Assembly: GCF_009914755.1 (NCBI RefSeq)
Contig: NC_060928.1
Direction: 5' to 3' (one strand)
DNA length: 64,000 bases
From: the human T2T-CHM13v2.0 reference genome, Homo sapiens
In this document: one piece after another, positions 1 to 13,456 of the stretch
How the letters are laid out: every line of letters starts with the position of its first letter
Numbering within the stretch: position 1 is the first letter of the stretch
Notes under the pieces: model-generated
What the model was told of the DNA's origin: nothing
The model's database searches: none
What the model saw: the letters and a program-made list of their open reading frames with translations, nothing else
Made by a program: the position numbers and the translations under genes

Positions 1-69
1 AGAAAAAATAGCATACAAGTTGGGAAAAGAGACTATATGGAATTACGTGTTCTGATTATAAAGCTGTAG

Positions 70-70
<1 letters not shown>

Positions 71-100
<30 letters not shown>
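71..100. repeat. (TA)15 microsatellite
   Basis: Perfect TA run read directly. Confidence 0.97.
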
Positions 101-103
<3 letters not shown>

Positions 104-199
104 GGACTGTAGTAGTTTATATAATATATATAATAATATATTATGAATTATATATTATTCAAATATCAATTATACAAAAGTAGGTAAGTCAATACATGT

Positions 200-845
200 C
201 TAGGTAACCGTTTACCCAGAGGTAGTCAAACTAAAAGTTAAGGGCAAAATTCTCACCTTCACTTTAAATACTAGCCAGAAGCCCAGAGGTCCCCATGGCC
301 ATACTCACTTCTAACCAGCTGGCTGTAAAATTGGGGTTCCCACAGCACTGAGTTTTAATAATTCACTTAGACCAATTCATAGAACTCAGGAAAGCACAGT
401 ACTTTAAATTACAGTTTTATTATAGCAAAAGGAATCAAGTTAGAACTACCCAAAGAAAAGACATAAGGAGAAGTCTAGAAGCCTTTCAAAAGTGAAACTA
501 CTACAGACCTTGAGGACATGTTACTCTCCCAACAATGACGTATCACAATGACCAAAAAGTACTGCCAGCCAGGGAAGCTCACCTGAGTTTTGGTGCCTAT
601 ATTTTTATTGGTGTCTTACCTAGACATGATTGAATCATCACTCACATGACTCAGTCTCCAGGCCCCCTAAATTGCCTGGAGATTAGGGTGATATCACATG
701 ACTCAAATTTCTAATCACATGGTTAGTCTTTCTGGCACGGCTAGACTTTATCCTAAGTCATCTCATTAGTGTAAACCATCTAGGGACTCGCCATGAGTCA
801 CCTCATAAGCATAAACTATCAGTTGTGGTCTGAGACGCCCAACAT
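200..845. mobile_element. MER21-like ERVL solo LTR (diverged)
   Basis: Segment 'cacttctaaccagctggctgtaaaattggggttcccacag...ataattcacttagaccaattcatagaactcaggaaagc' resembles recalled MER21 consensus; ends approximate. Confidence 0.7.
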
Positions 846-1659
846 AAAATCCCTCTCTTCCTTCTTCATCCATTTTTTAAACTATGATATTTACATAAAG
901 TGATGACAAAAAGAGATAAAGTACTAATGTATTATCAGTTATTCTTGCCATCTAATTTCTTTGTTAGATAACTGGTGATAATGACAATAAATATAAATTT
1001 GGCAACACTAAATATATGGAGGCCTATCTGTGGATTTCCTTCCATATATGAAGTTAATTGGACACACATATCCATAATATAGTAGAATTTACTTATTTTA
1101 ATAATAAACTTATTATATATAATCTAATTAGAATTAATTCAAATGGTAGAAATATAATGAATATGCCATTGTATACTCGGTCCCCTTTCTTCAGGGACAC
1201 TTTACCTGAAAAATGACTCAGATACTGACTACCAAGGCTTTCTTTTTTTGCAGTAGGCTAATTTGCCACACACTATTCTTTGCCATTCCCAGAAATTACT
1301 TTGTTCAAATTCCAAGAATATTAATATAGGTATTCACTGGTATCTAAGTTTAAAATATCACAATTTAATTGATTATAAACAAACATCCAAAATTCAAAGT
1401 GATAATAGCTATATCAACTTTCATCAATTTCCTTTTTTTTTTTTTTTTTCCTGAGAAGCTTATTCTTCGGGTGAGTAGTCTCCTCTTCTGTATTCATTTC
1501 CCTGTTATTTCTCTCCCTGCCTCATACTCTCACACTTGTGGACATGCTATCTACACTAGAATACTTCATCAGTAGCTCAGCAATATTTTGCCTGGTTACT
1601 TACCTGTTTCCCCAATTATCTGAACTTGGTAGTTTGTTTATTCCATCACCAGAAGGCCT

Positions 1660-1805
1660 TTTGCATTGCATTACTATTAGTTGTTAATTTTCTGCCTCAC
1701 CACCTGCTCTGAGAGTACTCCAAGAAATGGATGGGTGCAATTTCAAATGGGGCTTTTATATCTCCAGGACCAAGAACAGATCATAGCACTCAATAATGTT
1801 CAACA
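1660..1805 (+). mobile_element. L2 3'-end relic
   Basis: Degenerate L2 terminus pattern ending 'agcactcaataatgttcaa'. Confidence 0.4.
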
Positions 1806-4271
1806 TTCAAATATCAAATATCAATATCAAAATAGGAAAAATAGTATCAAAATAAAAATTTTGTCATAAATTAATGAGAAAAATTTATGACCCAATGATG
1901 AATACTATTTTGCTGTCTACATGAAAAATACATAAGAATACTATAAAATATAAATTAAAAGGAAAATCATACAGAGAGAAGTTCATTTGTGAGGATATGA
2001 CAAAAACTGCAAATCTCTTTAAATACAAACAAAATGTTGGCACCAAACTAGTAAATATAAGATATATTGTGGAAAATATTCAACAGTTGATTCTAAAAGA
2101 GAAAAATAAAACATAATTTGAATACATCAAACATTAGGAGCTTTAAAAGAGTTCTAATTTCACTGTGCAATTTCATCATTTCACAAATGTATGTATTTGT
2201 GTACATATATCTATATATACCCATACATACAAATGTGTACTTTGGAGCCGATCCCATGAGACCTAAATTTGGATATGTGAATAGTAACTTTTAAAACAGC
2301 ATCTGTGAAGATCCATCTGAAGATAAGTTTGACATTTAAAATATATTCTGTTTCACTGTGGAGACAAAAGTTGAACTGGTGATTTAAAAAAAAATGTTTT
2401 TTGACACGATAAAATAAAAAGAGACTTTGCTGGACATTATATCATTCCAAAGACTGCCTGGGTGGGGACAAGCAAGTAGTGTCCAACTTCAGGAATTTTT
2501 TTTTCAAAAAAGATGAATAAGGCCATGTGAAATAGGCAGGAAGCTATAACATGACACATGTTTTCCTGCAATATTCCTGATGGCACTATTTTCACTAATA
2601 TTTAATAGACCATTTACAATGTGTCTAACAGTCTCTTTAAATTTAATTCATAATACACATAAAACGCATAAACCCTCAAACAATAGCCTAGAATAAGTAA
2701 GGTTCTACTAGACATGCTCTCCCCCAAAAACCCCCCAAAAAAAGATCTCTAGAGAAGCTAGAAAAAGCCAGGAATGCATGTGTAGTTCAAAGACTACGTG
2801 AGTGAGTTTGGTAACATTTAGGTGTCATGCTTTATTTCCCCAAGCATAATCTAGTTCTGTGATAACTTGGACATTTACGCAAGCTTAACTATGGCTTCTG
2901 AGAAGCTAGGTATAAACAGAAGGCTGTTCTTTAGGAAATTTGTCACAGAGATGCTCCATGACCTTTGGCAGTGGTAAATCCCGATAACAAGGGCAATTCA
3001 ACAGATTTGCTCATATGATGAGCAGACTCAATTTTGTACATCCAGTGGGCTGCATAAATGAAGTCCTGACCTGAGAGACTGCAATTCCAGAACAGGTGTA
3101 AAATCTGCCTCAGAGCCATTAATGTCTTGCTTTTTTTGACCCCAGAATTCACAATCAAATAAAAACACAAATTATATGTTGCTACTGTTGAAAATTCTTT
3201 CTATATTATCTGTCAGACAACCCAATGGAAATAGAAAAATGCTGATACAAGAGAACCTTTCCAAGCAGTTTACCCTTTAAAGGACATTATAAAAGTCTAC
3301 TTTTTTTAAGACTAGAAAGCACTAAGGCAATTAAATAATATTAAACCAATGACTATTCTATATTACATGGAGTTTATAGCTATATTTATGAATCTCCTCA
3401 CAACTTAGGTGAAATTTATATAATAGTTTGACCACATTTCATACTCCTAAAAATGGACACTCTCTTGTCGTTAATATATTGTCCATGACCCTGTGTGCAT
3501 CAAAATCTCAAGCTTATATCTGAGTCAACATGTGAGTGGATTGGTGGAAATAATATTGAAGATTGGCATCTTTCAAAATAGTGAACTCTCCTGAGACTGC
3601 CTTTGAATATGAGAGAAATATAAAGCCTAAGAAATGAACATAGTTAAATATTGGTCTTGTTCTAAAAATCTGACACTCAATTTAATTACGAAGTCAAAAC
3701 TCCAATATGTAACACTTCACATAGTTTAATGGCTGATTTTCTGGCTAAACAGGATTTCTGTGTACTTCAAGTATAATAATGTAAAGGAAAAAAATGACTC
3801 ATAATAGAAAAATTATTTTTCAATTCTCTACATTCAATTTTTAAAAATTTTCTGTATTACATTTAAAGTGTCTAATTGCTCTAAATTACTCTCATTAAGA
3901 TGTGTCTGAAAAATATTTTCCATTTCAAAAGGTTTATCTTTCAAACTGACCCCATTTTTCCATTACTCTTGTTTTTGTCCAAATACATTTAAGATATGGA
4001 CAAATAAGCGGAAATATATAGCATTTCTGCAGAATATACAAGTTTTCTGTTTGGTTTGTTGGCATATTATGAATTATGTTTTATATACCACAGAAAAGAC
4101 ACATTATTTAAAATTAATATATATAAAAAAGATTCTGGAGTGCACATTTCTTTCCTAATTGCTATCACATTTACCTGACGTGATGGTAAAGCAAAGTGGG
4201 ATGAATTCAGGGAAACTGTCAGTCTAGAGATGCCGCTTTTTCTGTTGTAGCTTAGAGAAAGATTAGGATGG

Positions 4272-4770
4272 CTTAAAAAAGAATAAAATCCTGTCATTCG
4301 CAAAAAAATGGATGAGCCTGGAGGACATCATGTTAAGTGAAATAAGCCAGCACGGAAAGACAAATACCACATGTTCTCACTCATATGTGAAAGTTAAAAA
4401 AGTTGATCTCATAGAAAGAGAGAGTAGAATAGTGGTTGCCAGAGGCAGGGAAGTGTGGAGGGAAGAGCATTGCCAGAAGTTGGTTAATGAATACAAAATT
4501 ACAGCTAGATTAAGGAATCAGTTTTTGTGTTCTATAGCACTATAGGGTGACTATAATTAACAATAATTTATCGTATATTTTCAAATAGCTATAAAGAACA
4601 AATTTTGTATGTTCCCAACAGCAAGAAATGATAAATATTTGAGGTGATGAATATAATAATTACCCTGATTTATTATACATTGTATACAGGTATCAAAATA
4701 TCATTCTGTACACCATTAATATGTACAATCATTATGTGTCAAATAAAAATATTAATAAAAGCAAAACTAA
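4272..4770 (+). mobile_element. L1MA-type 3' end (ORF2 tail and 3'UTR)
   Basis: 'atggatgagcctggaggacatcatgttaagtgaaataagccag...aaataccacatgttctcactcatatg'; ORF 4312 translates as LEDIMLSEISQ, typical of the L1 ORF2 C-terminus; A-rich end. Confidence 0.92.
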
Positions 4771-6283
4771 GATAAAAATAGCTAGAAACCAAGCAAAGTA
4801 GTAAATAAAACATACATCATCATCTTTCATATGTGAGAGACAGAGAAGGTATTTTTCTTTTGCGTTATGATGTGACACTCATTCACAATCATATCTGAAG
4901 AGTCAGCACAAAACAGCATTGCTTTTTACATGCTCTGGCACAGTTAGGGTGTTTAATGTAAGGTGTAATTGGGGAAACAACCCAATAGTCTCAGTATAGT
5001 ACAACTCTGAGATTAACATTTACCTTGTGTTATGCCTAATACCATCTTTACCAATATCAAAACTCTACTTACTAAGTACCCCCCCACTAAGGGTGCTGTG
5101 TGGGGTTCACTCAGAGAACTGTATATACAAGTCTTTGCCTGCTAGAGAATTTCATAATAAAAAGCATAGAAAAGTGAAAGGTAGAATATAAGACAGAATT
5201 CACTTGCAGAAACACCTAAAATCTTAAAATAAATACATCGCATTTTATTATGTTAAAATATATGTATATGACTCTATGATACCAGACGTAAAAAGCAATG
5301 GTTACAGGATGTGTATTTGATAACTGTATTTATATCATATGAAAATCATATGCTTATTATTTTATTATGTAATTATATGCCTATTATATTAGGCAATTAT
5401 GAAGATTAAAATACACCTTCATTTGTTAATATTTGATCCCAGGGATTCCTAGTTAACGAGTATTCCAAAATCAAATGCCAAGAAAATTTGTTTTAGATTT
5501 TTTATTACAATTAATAATTTCATGACCTATAATATCCAAAACAATTGAGTTTTATTTGTCAGTGAAAGATATTTTATACTGGAGTTTGTTATTAAGTTAG
5601 TCAAGATGTAGCTTCAAGTATTTAAATTGAAGAAGCTTAAGAGAAAAAAATTAAAACTACTAATACAATAAATCAACCAGTAGATGAAGTTGAATATTTT
5701 ACTAGACACAGTTAGTGGAACTAAATTCTAAGTATGTGAGTATAAGTGACATTTAATTCTAATTCAGAATAACCAGAGGTAGCCTGCATTGCATTGGCCA
5801 GCCCTTTTGTCTATGTAATGTGTATGTGTTCTGGGGCTATCTGAGCATGTGTGTCACCTTGAAGTGAAACTAAGTAGATTGCCTGCCCAAAGGGAAGGCA
5901 AAGACAACACTTGAATAGGACGGAATGCCAAAGAACACTTAATTTTTTCATTTAAATCTACACAGTGAACCTTTGAAAAATGGTCAATCTGTACCCACAA
6001 AAGAAGATGAAAGTAGATTCTTTGGAGAGTTGAAGCTAAAAGCTCTCAGCAAAGAATGGTCTCATGTGAGAAATTTGAAAATCATGCTTATCTTTTCTAC
6101 AATAAATAAGTGGTGTGGTAGTAACTTCTTTTGTTTTGGAAGAGATTATTTTGTAGAAGTGCTGTATCACTAAGTAAAAGATAAACAGGGTCAACTATGA
6201 GTTACCTGCATTCAAAGAGAAGTGTTTTTACCAAACCAAAAATTCGTGTTTTACTTTCAAGGTATTCTATGTCAGAATACTAG

Positions 6284-6324
6284 TGTATGTGCATGTGTAT
6301 GTGTGTGCGTGTGTGTATGTGTAT
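6284..6324. repeat. Imperfect (TG)n microsatellite
   Basis: gtgtatgtgcatgtgtatgtgtgtgcgtgtgtgtatgtgta. Confidence 0.8.
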
Positions 6325-6380
6325 AGTCATGTATTGTGATATTTTGACATTTATTTAAAGATAATAAAAATGATGAAGTC

Positions 6381-6778
<398 letters not shown>

Positions 6779-9700
6779 CTAATGAACAATCTCTCTCTTT
6801 CCATTAGACTGGTAAAACTGGAGCCTAAGTAGTTTCCCTTTAAGCTTCTGCTCTAGCTAGTTTACACCTCAGTGTACTGGCACTGTTGATTAGGCTGTGG
6901 GGACAGAGGACCAAGTTTAAGTATTCAAAATGGAAAGTCTTTTAGAAATTGTACTGGTTCTCAATTATCTGCCACTCCAGACTTCCTTAGCCCCTGAACC
7001 TTGGCCATTTTCTCTCATCAGAGCCCTCTGGTTTCCCCTGCTGTTGCCTCATTTCCTAATGCCTCTGTTTATCTCAGCCTCATTTAAGAGTCAGGCTTTT
7101 GACAGAGCTGGACTCTGCATGGCATCCACAAGGTTCCTGATGGTGGGAGATGCAGCCGCTCAGACAGCCCTGTGTTACCTGATGGTAAATTTACAGGAGC
7201 TCTGGCTTCCCCAGCATCTGAGTTTAGTGGCTTGGTTACACAATCAAGAAGTGTGTGGAGATTAATGCCCAGTGTGGAAAACTAAGATCAGTGAGAGACA
7301 GAAAATAAAAAAACAGTATGACAAAAAAATTCCTTTCCCTTCCTTCCTGTTCTTGGACTGTTCTGAGGCATAGCAGCTCTATATGTTCTCCCTGGACACT
7401 TCCTTTTTGTCCAAGCCAACTGGTCCTGTCTTCTTGTGAAGTTGTAGGCAGAAAGGTAATGCACCGCTTTTATGCGTTTACCCTCATGTGTGCTACTCTG
7501 GAATCGTACCCCTAAGAAAATGTTGGCATGTAGGCCTTGCCTCAGCCTTATGTTCTATAGGCTAGCTGGGTTAGACAGTAACGAAACCCTAATAGTAGTT
7601 CAACTCTTATTTTTTAAAGAATTTAAAAGAATTAAATTTAATTTAATAAGCATTCTCCTCTAAGTCTAAGATATTGGAAGGCTGTAAACATAAATATAGT
7701 CTAGGCTGAATTATCATAGAGGTATTAGTCTAGCAAAAGAGATAGAGGCACTAAAGCAATAGTTACCAACCGGGATGATATCCCAAATATTTAACAGTCA
7801 GTGGGGCATGGGAACTCACAAACTGCAACAGATATTAGCCTTTAAGTTGTTGGATTATTAGAGATGTTTGGGCAGCCACGTGGCGGAAGTACACTCAGAA
7901 GTTTAAGGTCTGTGATAATTTGTCAACTGGAGAAGAACTGGAATATATTACCTGTAAAATCAAGTTTGGTAGTTCCAGCATGTAGCCGTTCAATAGCAGC
8001 TCTACACACCAAATACTGTAAGACCCAAAGAGGCAGGAACAAAGGGATACCGAAGTGACTGAGATTTGTATTAGTGGGGAACAAAGTTAGAATATTATAT
8101 TATGGGTTCCTCCCACACTTGATTTTTTTTTAAAGTCTACTTAGATAGCCTGCTAGCTATCAAGGTAACATATTTTCGTAGCAAGAGAAAATCAAGCTTA
8201 AGAATTAAATCAACATTATTCATATAAAAATTGTGTGGCTACAGGCATATACCAGACATGAACTCATGCTCAGAAAATATTCAGTGACAAATGTGTTATT
8301 TCATAAAATTATCATTGGAAATTTTGTTCATTATGGGCCGAGCTATATTTTCTGTGCAATTTTATATCTCTACGGTACTTAAGCTTAGTTTGTAAAAGTT
8401 TATGAAAAATGATATATTTTTAGACAAATAGAAGCACTGAGTTGCTAAAATGCCCAGAAAACTTCTGGACTTTACTTACTTGCCTTTGGGATATTTTGTC
8501 CTCTTTTAGGCAAAGGTTGGTACCTGTTTCCTTGGAAATAAATGAAAATTTATAGGAAAAAAACACATTTTCCACACACTGTCACTCTGAGGTTTGCTGT
8601 TCAGCCACAAAGACTTGAGTACTTTTTATATGCAATGAAATTTCTGAATCTCTGAAAATTTTGACTTCATGTTTATAAAATATCTCTATAATTCCCTATT
8701 TTCTTTAATTCTGGTCAGTTAAGGATAATTTATGATTGTGGAGTTAGCTCAATTTTTCATTTGCCTTAGCTTGACACACACGTTGAATTTTAGTTTGATG
8801 TCTGCATTTCTTTAAACACATCAGTAATGCTTTTTTGAAAAAAAAAATTCCCCAATTTATCTTCCCTTAAGTGTGTTCAGATAGTTTTGTGACCTAAGCA
8901 AGTGATTCCCTGGGAGGTCCGTGATTTTTTGATTTTTAAAAACTCTTTAATTCCAAAAGGTCATCGACGTGAAAAGGCAACTCAGCAAGTCTCAGCAGTA
9001 AAATATACTAAATCTTAATAGTCTGTCACAATTTCTTTCAGAAATAACCTTAAATTGGTGATGATTAAAATCTCAATATGAAAGAAAATCCACTCCCTTA
9101 ATTACATTCCCTGCCACAACATGCTATGAGAACAACTCACAAATTCCACAACTTGCCCTATCTTGCTCGGTGACAGAATGGAAAGCGGTCTCATGAACTT
9201 TCTCTTCTGCTTTGCATAAAAGGTTGGAATCTTTATTATTTCCCTTTATCATTGGCACTAATGTATGAAAAGTGAATCAATTTTTCCATGTTTAAACCAA
9301 ACTATACAAAATATTTACTGATGTGAACTGCCTAATTCGTATTTTGCAAATTGTTAAGACTCTCATGCAACAATACAACGAGGTCAGGTTAATTCCATTT
9401 GTTCAATACACAGTTTGAAGAAAATTGCTCTGGTTAGAGAAGAATGATTAACTGATTTTGATCAGGGGTACCAAAGAGAGGCAATTTAGCAAACCTTTGA
9501 AGGCTGAGTAATAAATTGATCCTTTTAAAATGGAAGAAAGTAGATTTAAGGCAGAGAGAATGAGAGAACTAGAGAACACAGAACCATAAGGACATAAGGA
9601 CATATATATTGAAGCGATAAAGGAAAGTAAATATTAGAGTTGGAATAAAAAACCCTTATTTGATTTGTAGACACAATCTCTTTATTTTAAAAATAAATAT

Positions 9701-9809
9701 TCACAGAAATTATATCATGACAAACCCTAGACAGTAAAAATTGATATTTGAATTCTGCATTTTAAAATGTAGCCTTAACCGTGTCACCACATTCAGACTT
9801 TATTTTCAA

Positions 9810-10135
9810 TAGCCAGCTCAACTATATCCACCTCAATATACTGCACAACAAACTGTAGAATTACTATGTCTAAGATACAACTTTTCTTCAGAATTTGTTC
9901 TGTCATCTAAAACTTCCATTTATTCTTTAGACCTCCCATCCCCTCGGATTCCTAAAATAGAGACTTGGATATCATTCAGTTGATGTCTTCCTAATATTTC
10001 TAGTGAGCCACCAGATTATAAAGATTGACTTCAGAATGTGTCTCAAATCCTGTTTCTTCCCTCCAACTACTTCCACTACTGACTTAATTCAGTCTTCAGC
10101 TCTAATTTGGATTATTAAAACAACTGCCTGTTTTC
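9810..10135 (+). mobile_element. L2 fragment
   Basis: 'tgtctcaaatcctgtttcttccctccaactacttccactact...ggattattaaaacaactgcctg' resembles the L2 3' region. Confidence 0.55.
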
Positions 10136-10958
10136 CCTATAAAGTATGTAGAATGTGACATGCCACTAAATTTTCCATACAAATAATGCTCACAGGGCAG
10201 TTTAAAGTATTCTTATGAAACAGGATCAAGGTAAGGCACACAGTTACAAATTTGGTAGGCATCAGGATAGAAGCAATATTAGAGATCATGGAAATAGATG
10301 GTATTGCCAAAATAAGGAGGTTGAAAAAGGAAAAAGGGTATTGAAATAACAAAACGAAGCAATGTCTTTTGCTTTTTGACAGTCTACTGCTGATGATTTT
10401 CTACAATCTTGCATGTGCGTGTAGAATACATTTTTATTAATTTACTAGGTAAGTCAGGAAATTAACTAGCCCAATTCTCCAAATAACCATAAGAAGAAAT
10501 ATTGGTAGTTGAGAAGGCTATGTAGAGAAAATGTTAAGCTAATAATAATGATAATTAATAGGCCATAACGAAAAAGATAACCTTATGGATTCAATCATAA
10601 ATGTAATTATATTACAACATTATTTAATTAGTCCTAATTTTTGGAAATTTTAGAAAGTAGAAAGTAGTCCCCAAATCTTATATCTCCACAGGTTTCTGAA
10701 TAATAGCTATTATCCACACTTAAGTATATGGAAACCGTGTTCAGAACTGTACTGCATAAATGATAATGACAGCATTATTTGTAAGCTTCTTTGATCTGTT
10801 ATCACTTGTGATATCAAGATCATTATTTTCATCCCTACTGAAAAGTTCTTGATTAAATGTCTAAGTGACAGAGGTATCAGTGATTTAATCTCAATATGTT
10901 CACCATTTATCTTTTTCTTTGTACATGTCCAGGGTTTAGTCTTCTTCTCTGTTTTCAA

Positions 10959-11130
10959 CAATGTTTCTCAACCCTCATTGCACATCAGAATTAACTGAAG
11001 AGCTCTGAAAAAATTACCACTGCCTCGGTCCCACCCTTGACATTTTTATCCAATTAGTTTGCACTTGGGTGTGGGCACTGTTTTTTTTTTTTTTTCTAAT
11101 GAACAGAAAGATAGGATTGAGAATCACTGG
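10959..11130. mobile_element. MER5-family hAT MITE
   Basis: Terminal inverted ends 'caatgtttctcaacc' and 'gattgagaatcactg'; internal 'tgcacatcagaattaactgaagagct'. Confidence 0.8.
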
Positions 11131-11134
11131 TCTA

Positions 11135-11531
11135 CACTTTCTCCCTGTCTGAAAAATCACAGATACTCTCAAATTTTATCACCCTAATCTCTTTACTTTC
11201 CTTATCTATAGATTAATATCTCCAAATCCCCATTCAACATCTCTACTTACCATGTCCAAAAATAAACTCTTGACCTTTCTTCTCTGCATCTTGCTTCTCC
11301 CCAATTTACTACTCTCCTGCTTACATGCAAAATATGTAACAACTTGGGCACGTCTCACCTTCACAGCTACCATCTTGGATCTCCTCACCCATACTCTGGT
11401 CCTCATACAGTATATTTTTCACAGAGTGGTCACAAAGTCTTTTTAAAAGTGTAAATCGAGTAATGTCTGCTGAACACCCTCCAATGACTTGGTTACACTC
11501 AGAATGAAGCCAGATCTCTTCCCATGGCCTT
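11135..11531 (+). mobile_element. L2 fragments
   Basis: 'catgtccaaaaataaactcttgacc' and 'accctccaatgacttggttacactcagaatgaagccagatctcttcccatggcct' are L2-like. Confidence 0.65.
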
Positions 11532-12405
11532 TATGTGGGGGTGAAAGCATGCAAACATGGAAGTGAAAGCAGAGGATAGAGAGAGGGGAAAACAAACACA
11601 CGCTTTCAAACATGGATTCGTGAGACGTTTCTCAAGCTACCTGAAGGTTTTCTTTCCTATGTTTCTCACTTTCCCCTTCCAGCCACTTTGTCAGGAAACA
11701 AGAAGCCCTCTGCTCCCTTGACTTGCACTGCTTCTTCTTAACTTCCTTTGGAAGAATTATTCCAAGGGCCTTGTAGTTACACACACTTTTGACAGACACT
11801 TTCCGAATACCAGCTTCTCTATAACACTAGCTTTTTTAGTCTGGTGGGCAGCCAAAAAGGGTAGGTAAGTAGCAGTGGAGATAAGCAACAGGAGAACATG
11901 GCTTTGCTATGATAAAAAGGATATTTGCTCATGCATATGAATCTGTCATTGTTCTGATTTTGATCTGTGCTTAGACAGTCAGTAGACTGAATCTGTGCCC
12001 AGCTAGTCCATCAAAGAGGTATTATTGCTTTTGGGTTGTCTGGGTTTTAGGGATTCGAAAGACTCTGGAAGAAGTGCAGCATCTTGTCCTGCCAGAAAGG
12101 CTTTTCTAACTCAGGATTTGGGGAACATTCAGTTCCTTTCCAGATTTAACCCTGACTCATCTCTTTGTTCTTTTGGAATTTAGGCTAAAACTCAGTGCAT
12201 GACCTTAAATCCAGCAGCACTAGTGTATGTGAATCCATTTCTCTCTTGGATGGTGAGAAGGAATGTAGGGGACTCTCCCTTAACCTAGTTGAAGGACTCT
12301 TTCCCTAAGCCACCAAAATAAACCATCTTCAGTAGTTTGTGGTTCACGTAGAATTAAAAACTAAATTATGGGTACCATTATCTGTGTATCATCCAAAGTC
12401 AGTTT

Positions 12406-12461
12406 TTTTGTACCAGCAATTACAGTGTAATTATTTTGTACCAGCAATTGCAGAGTAATTA
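12406..12461. repeat. 28-bp tandem duplication (2 copies, 2 mismatches)
   Basis: ttttgtaccagcaattacagtgtaatta / ttttgtaccagcaattgcagagtaatta. Confidence 0.92.
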
Positions 12462-12974
12462 GGTAAGTTTATTCTGAATGCTACCTGGAGGCCCCTTCTC
12501 CACCCATGAAATGTTCAGGACTAGGCCTGGATATGACTGTGAGTAGTTTCATTTGTGAAGCACTGAGTAATACAGAGACATCTAAAATATCTGTCCTCTG
12601 AGAAATTACAACTAGCAAAGGGCAACCAGCTCCCACAGCAAAACAATATTAAGTATTGAATCATTAATTAAATCATGAACAGTAAAGAATGTAAGATTTC
12701 TTGAATTTTAGAAGGAAAACTCATCTTTAAGGCAATCGTGAAAGAGACACTATGAAGACAAATGTTTCTTAAGATTTTGTGTAACTTGCATACATTGGAA
12801 AAGGGTCCTAGAGATTGCCTATTGAGGGGAAGCATGCGGTGTCCTGGGGAACAAACTGGGGCAACTGAGGCAATAAGAGGGAATTCCTGGGTTTGAGGGT
12901 GCTCAGAACATCAGCATGGCTGTCAACTAGTATAGCTGTCCCTAGTAATACAAGCTAATTATATATAACATTTG

Positions 12975-13395
12975 TATAACTACAGCTTTCATGGCAAAAT
13001 TACTTATTTATAAAAAAGTGAAAACAATCTAAACATCCTTCATGGGATAAAAAATAAATCAATTTTACATTATAAACAAAGAAGGAGGCCTCTATGTACT
13101 AATCTGGAAAGGTGCTCATGATATATTCTTTAAGGAGAAAGGCAAATTCCAAAGGCTTATATGTAAAGTATCATTTGCTACAGTGAAAATAGTTTGTGTA
13201 TGTGTGCACGTGCTTGTGTGTTACATACACACTAATGCAAATATCTGAAAAGTGTTATATCAAACTGCAAACGATAATTACTAGGAAAGTGGACTATGGA
13301 AGGGGGTAAGATTACTGAAAAAAGTCACATTTTACTTTACATATATGTTGTTTAAATTTATACAATGAATATTTGTGCTTTGATAATTCAAAAAT
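12975..13395 (+). mobile_element. Old L1ME-type 3' relic
   Basis: 'aaaaaagtgaaaacaatctaaacatccttc...gctcatgatatatt...ggagaaaggcaaatt' is degenerate L1M 3' sequence. Confidence 0.55.
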
Positions 13396-13420
13396 CATTT
13401 GTTAAAGAAAGGATTTAGAG

Positions 13421-13422
<2 letters not shown>

Positions 13423-13454
<32 letters not shown>
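13423..13454. repeat. (GT)16 microsatellite
   Basis: Perfect GT run. Confidence 0.97.

Positions 13455-13456
<2 letters not shown>

Noticed and set aside
6930-7265. 111-aa plus-strand ATG ORF
   Set aside because: No recognisable homology or promoter context.
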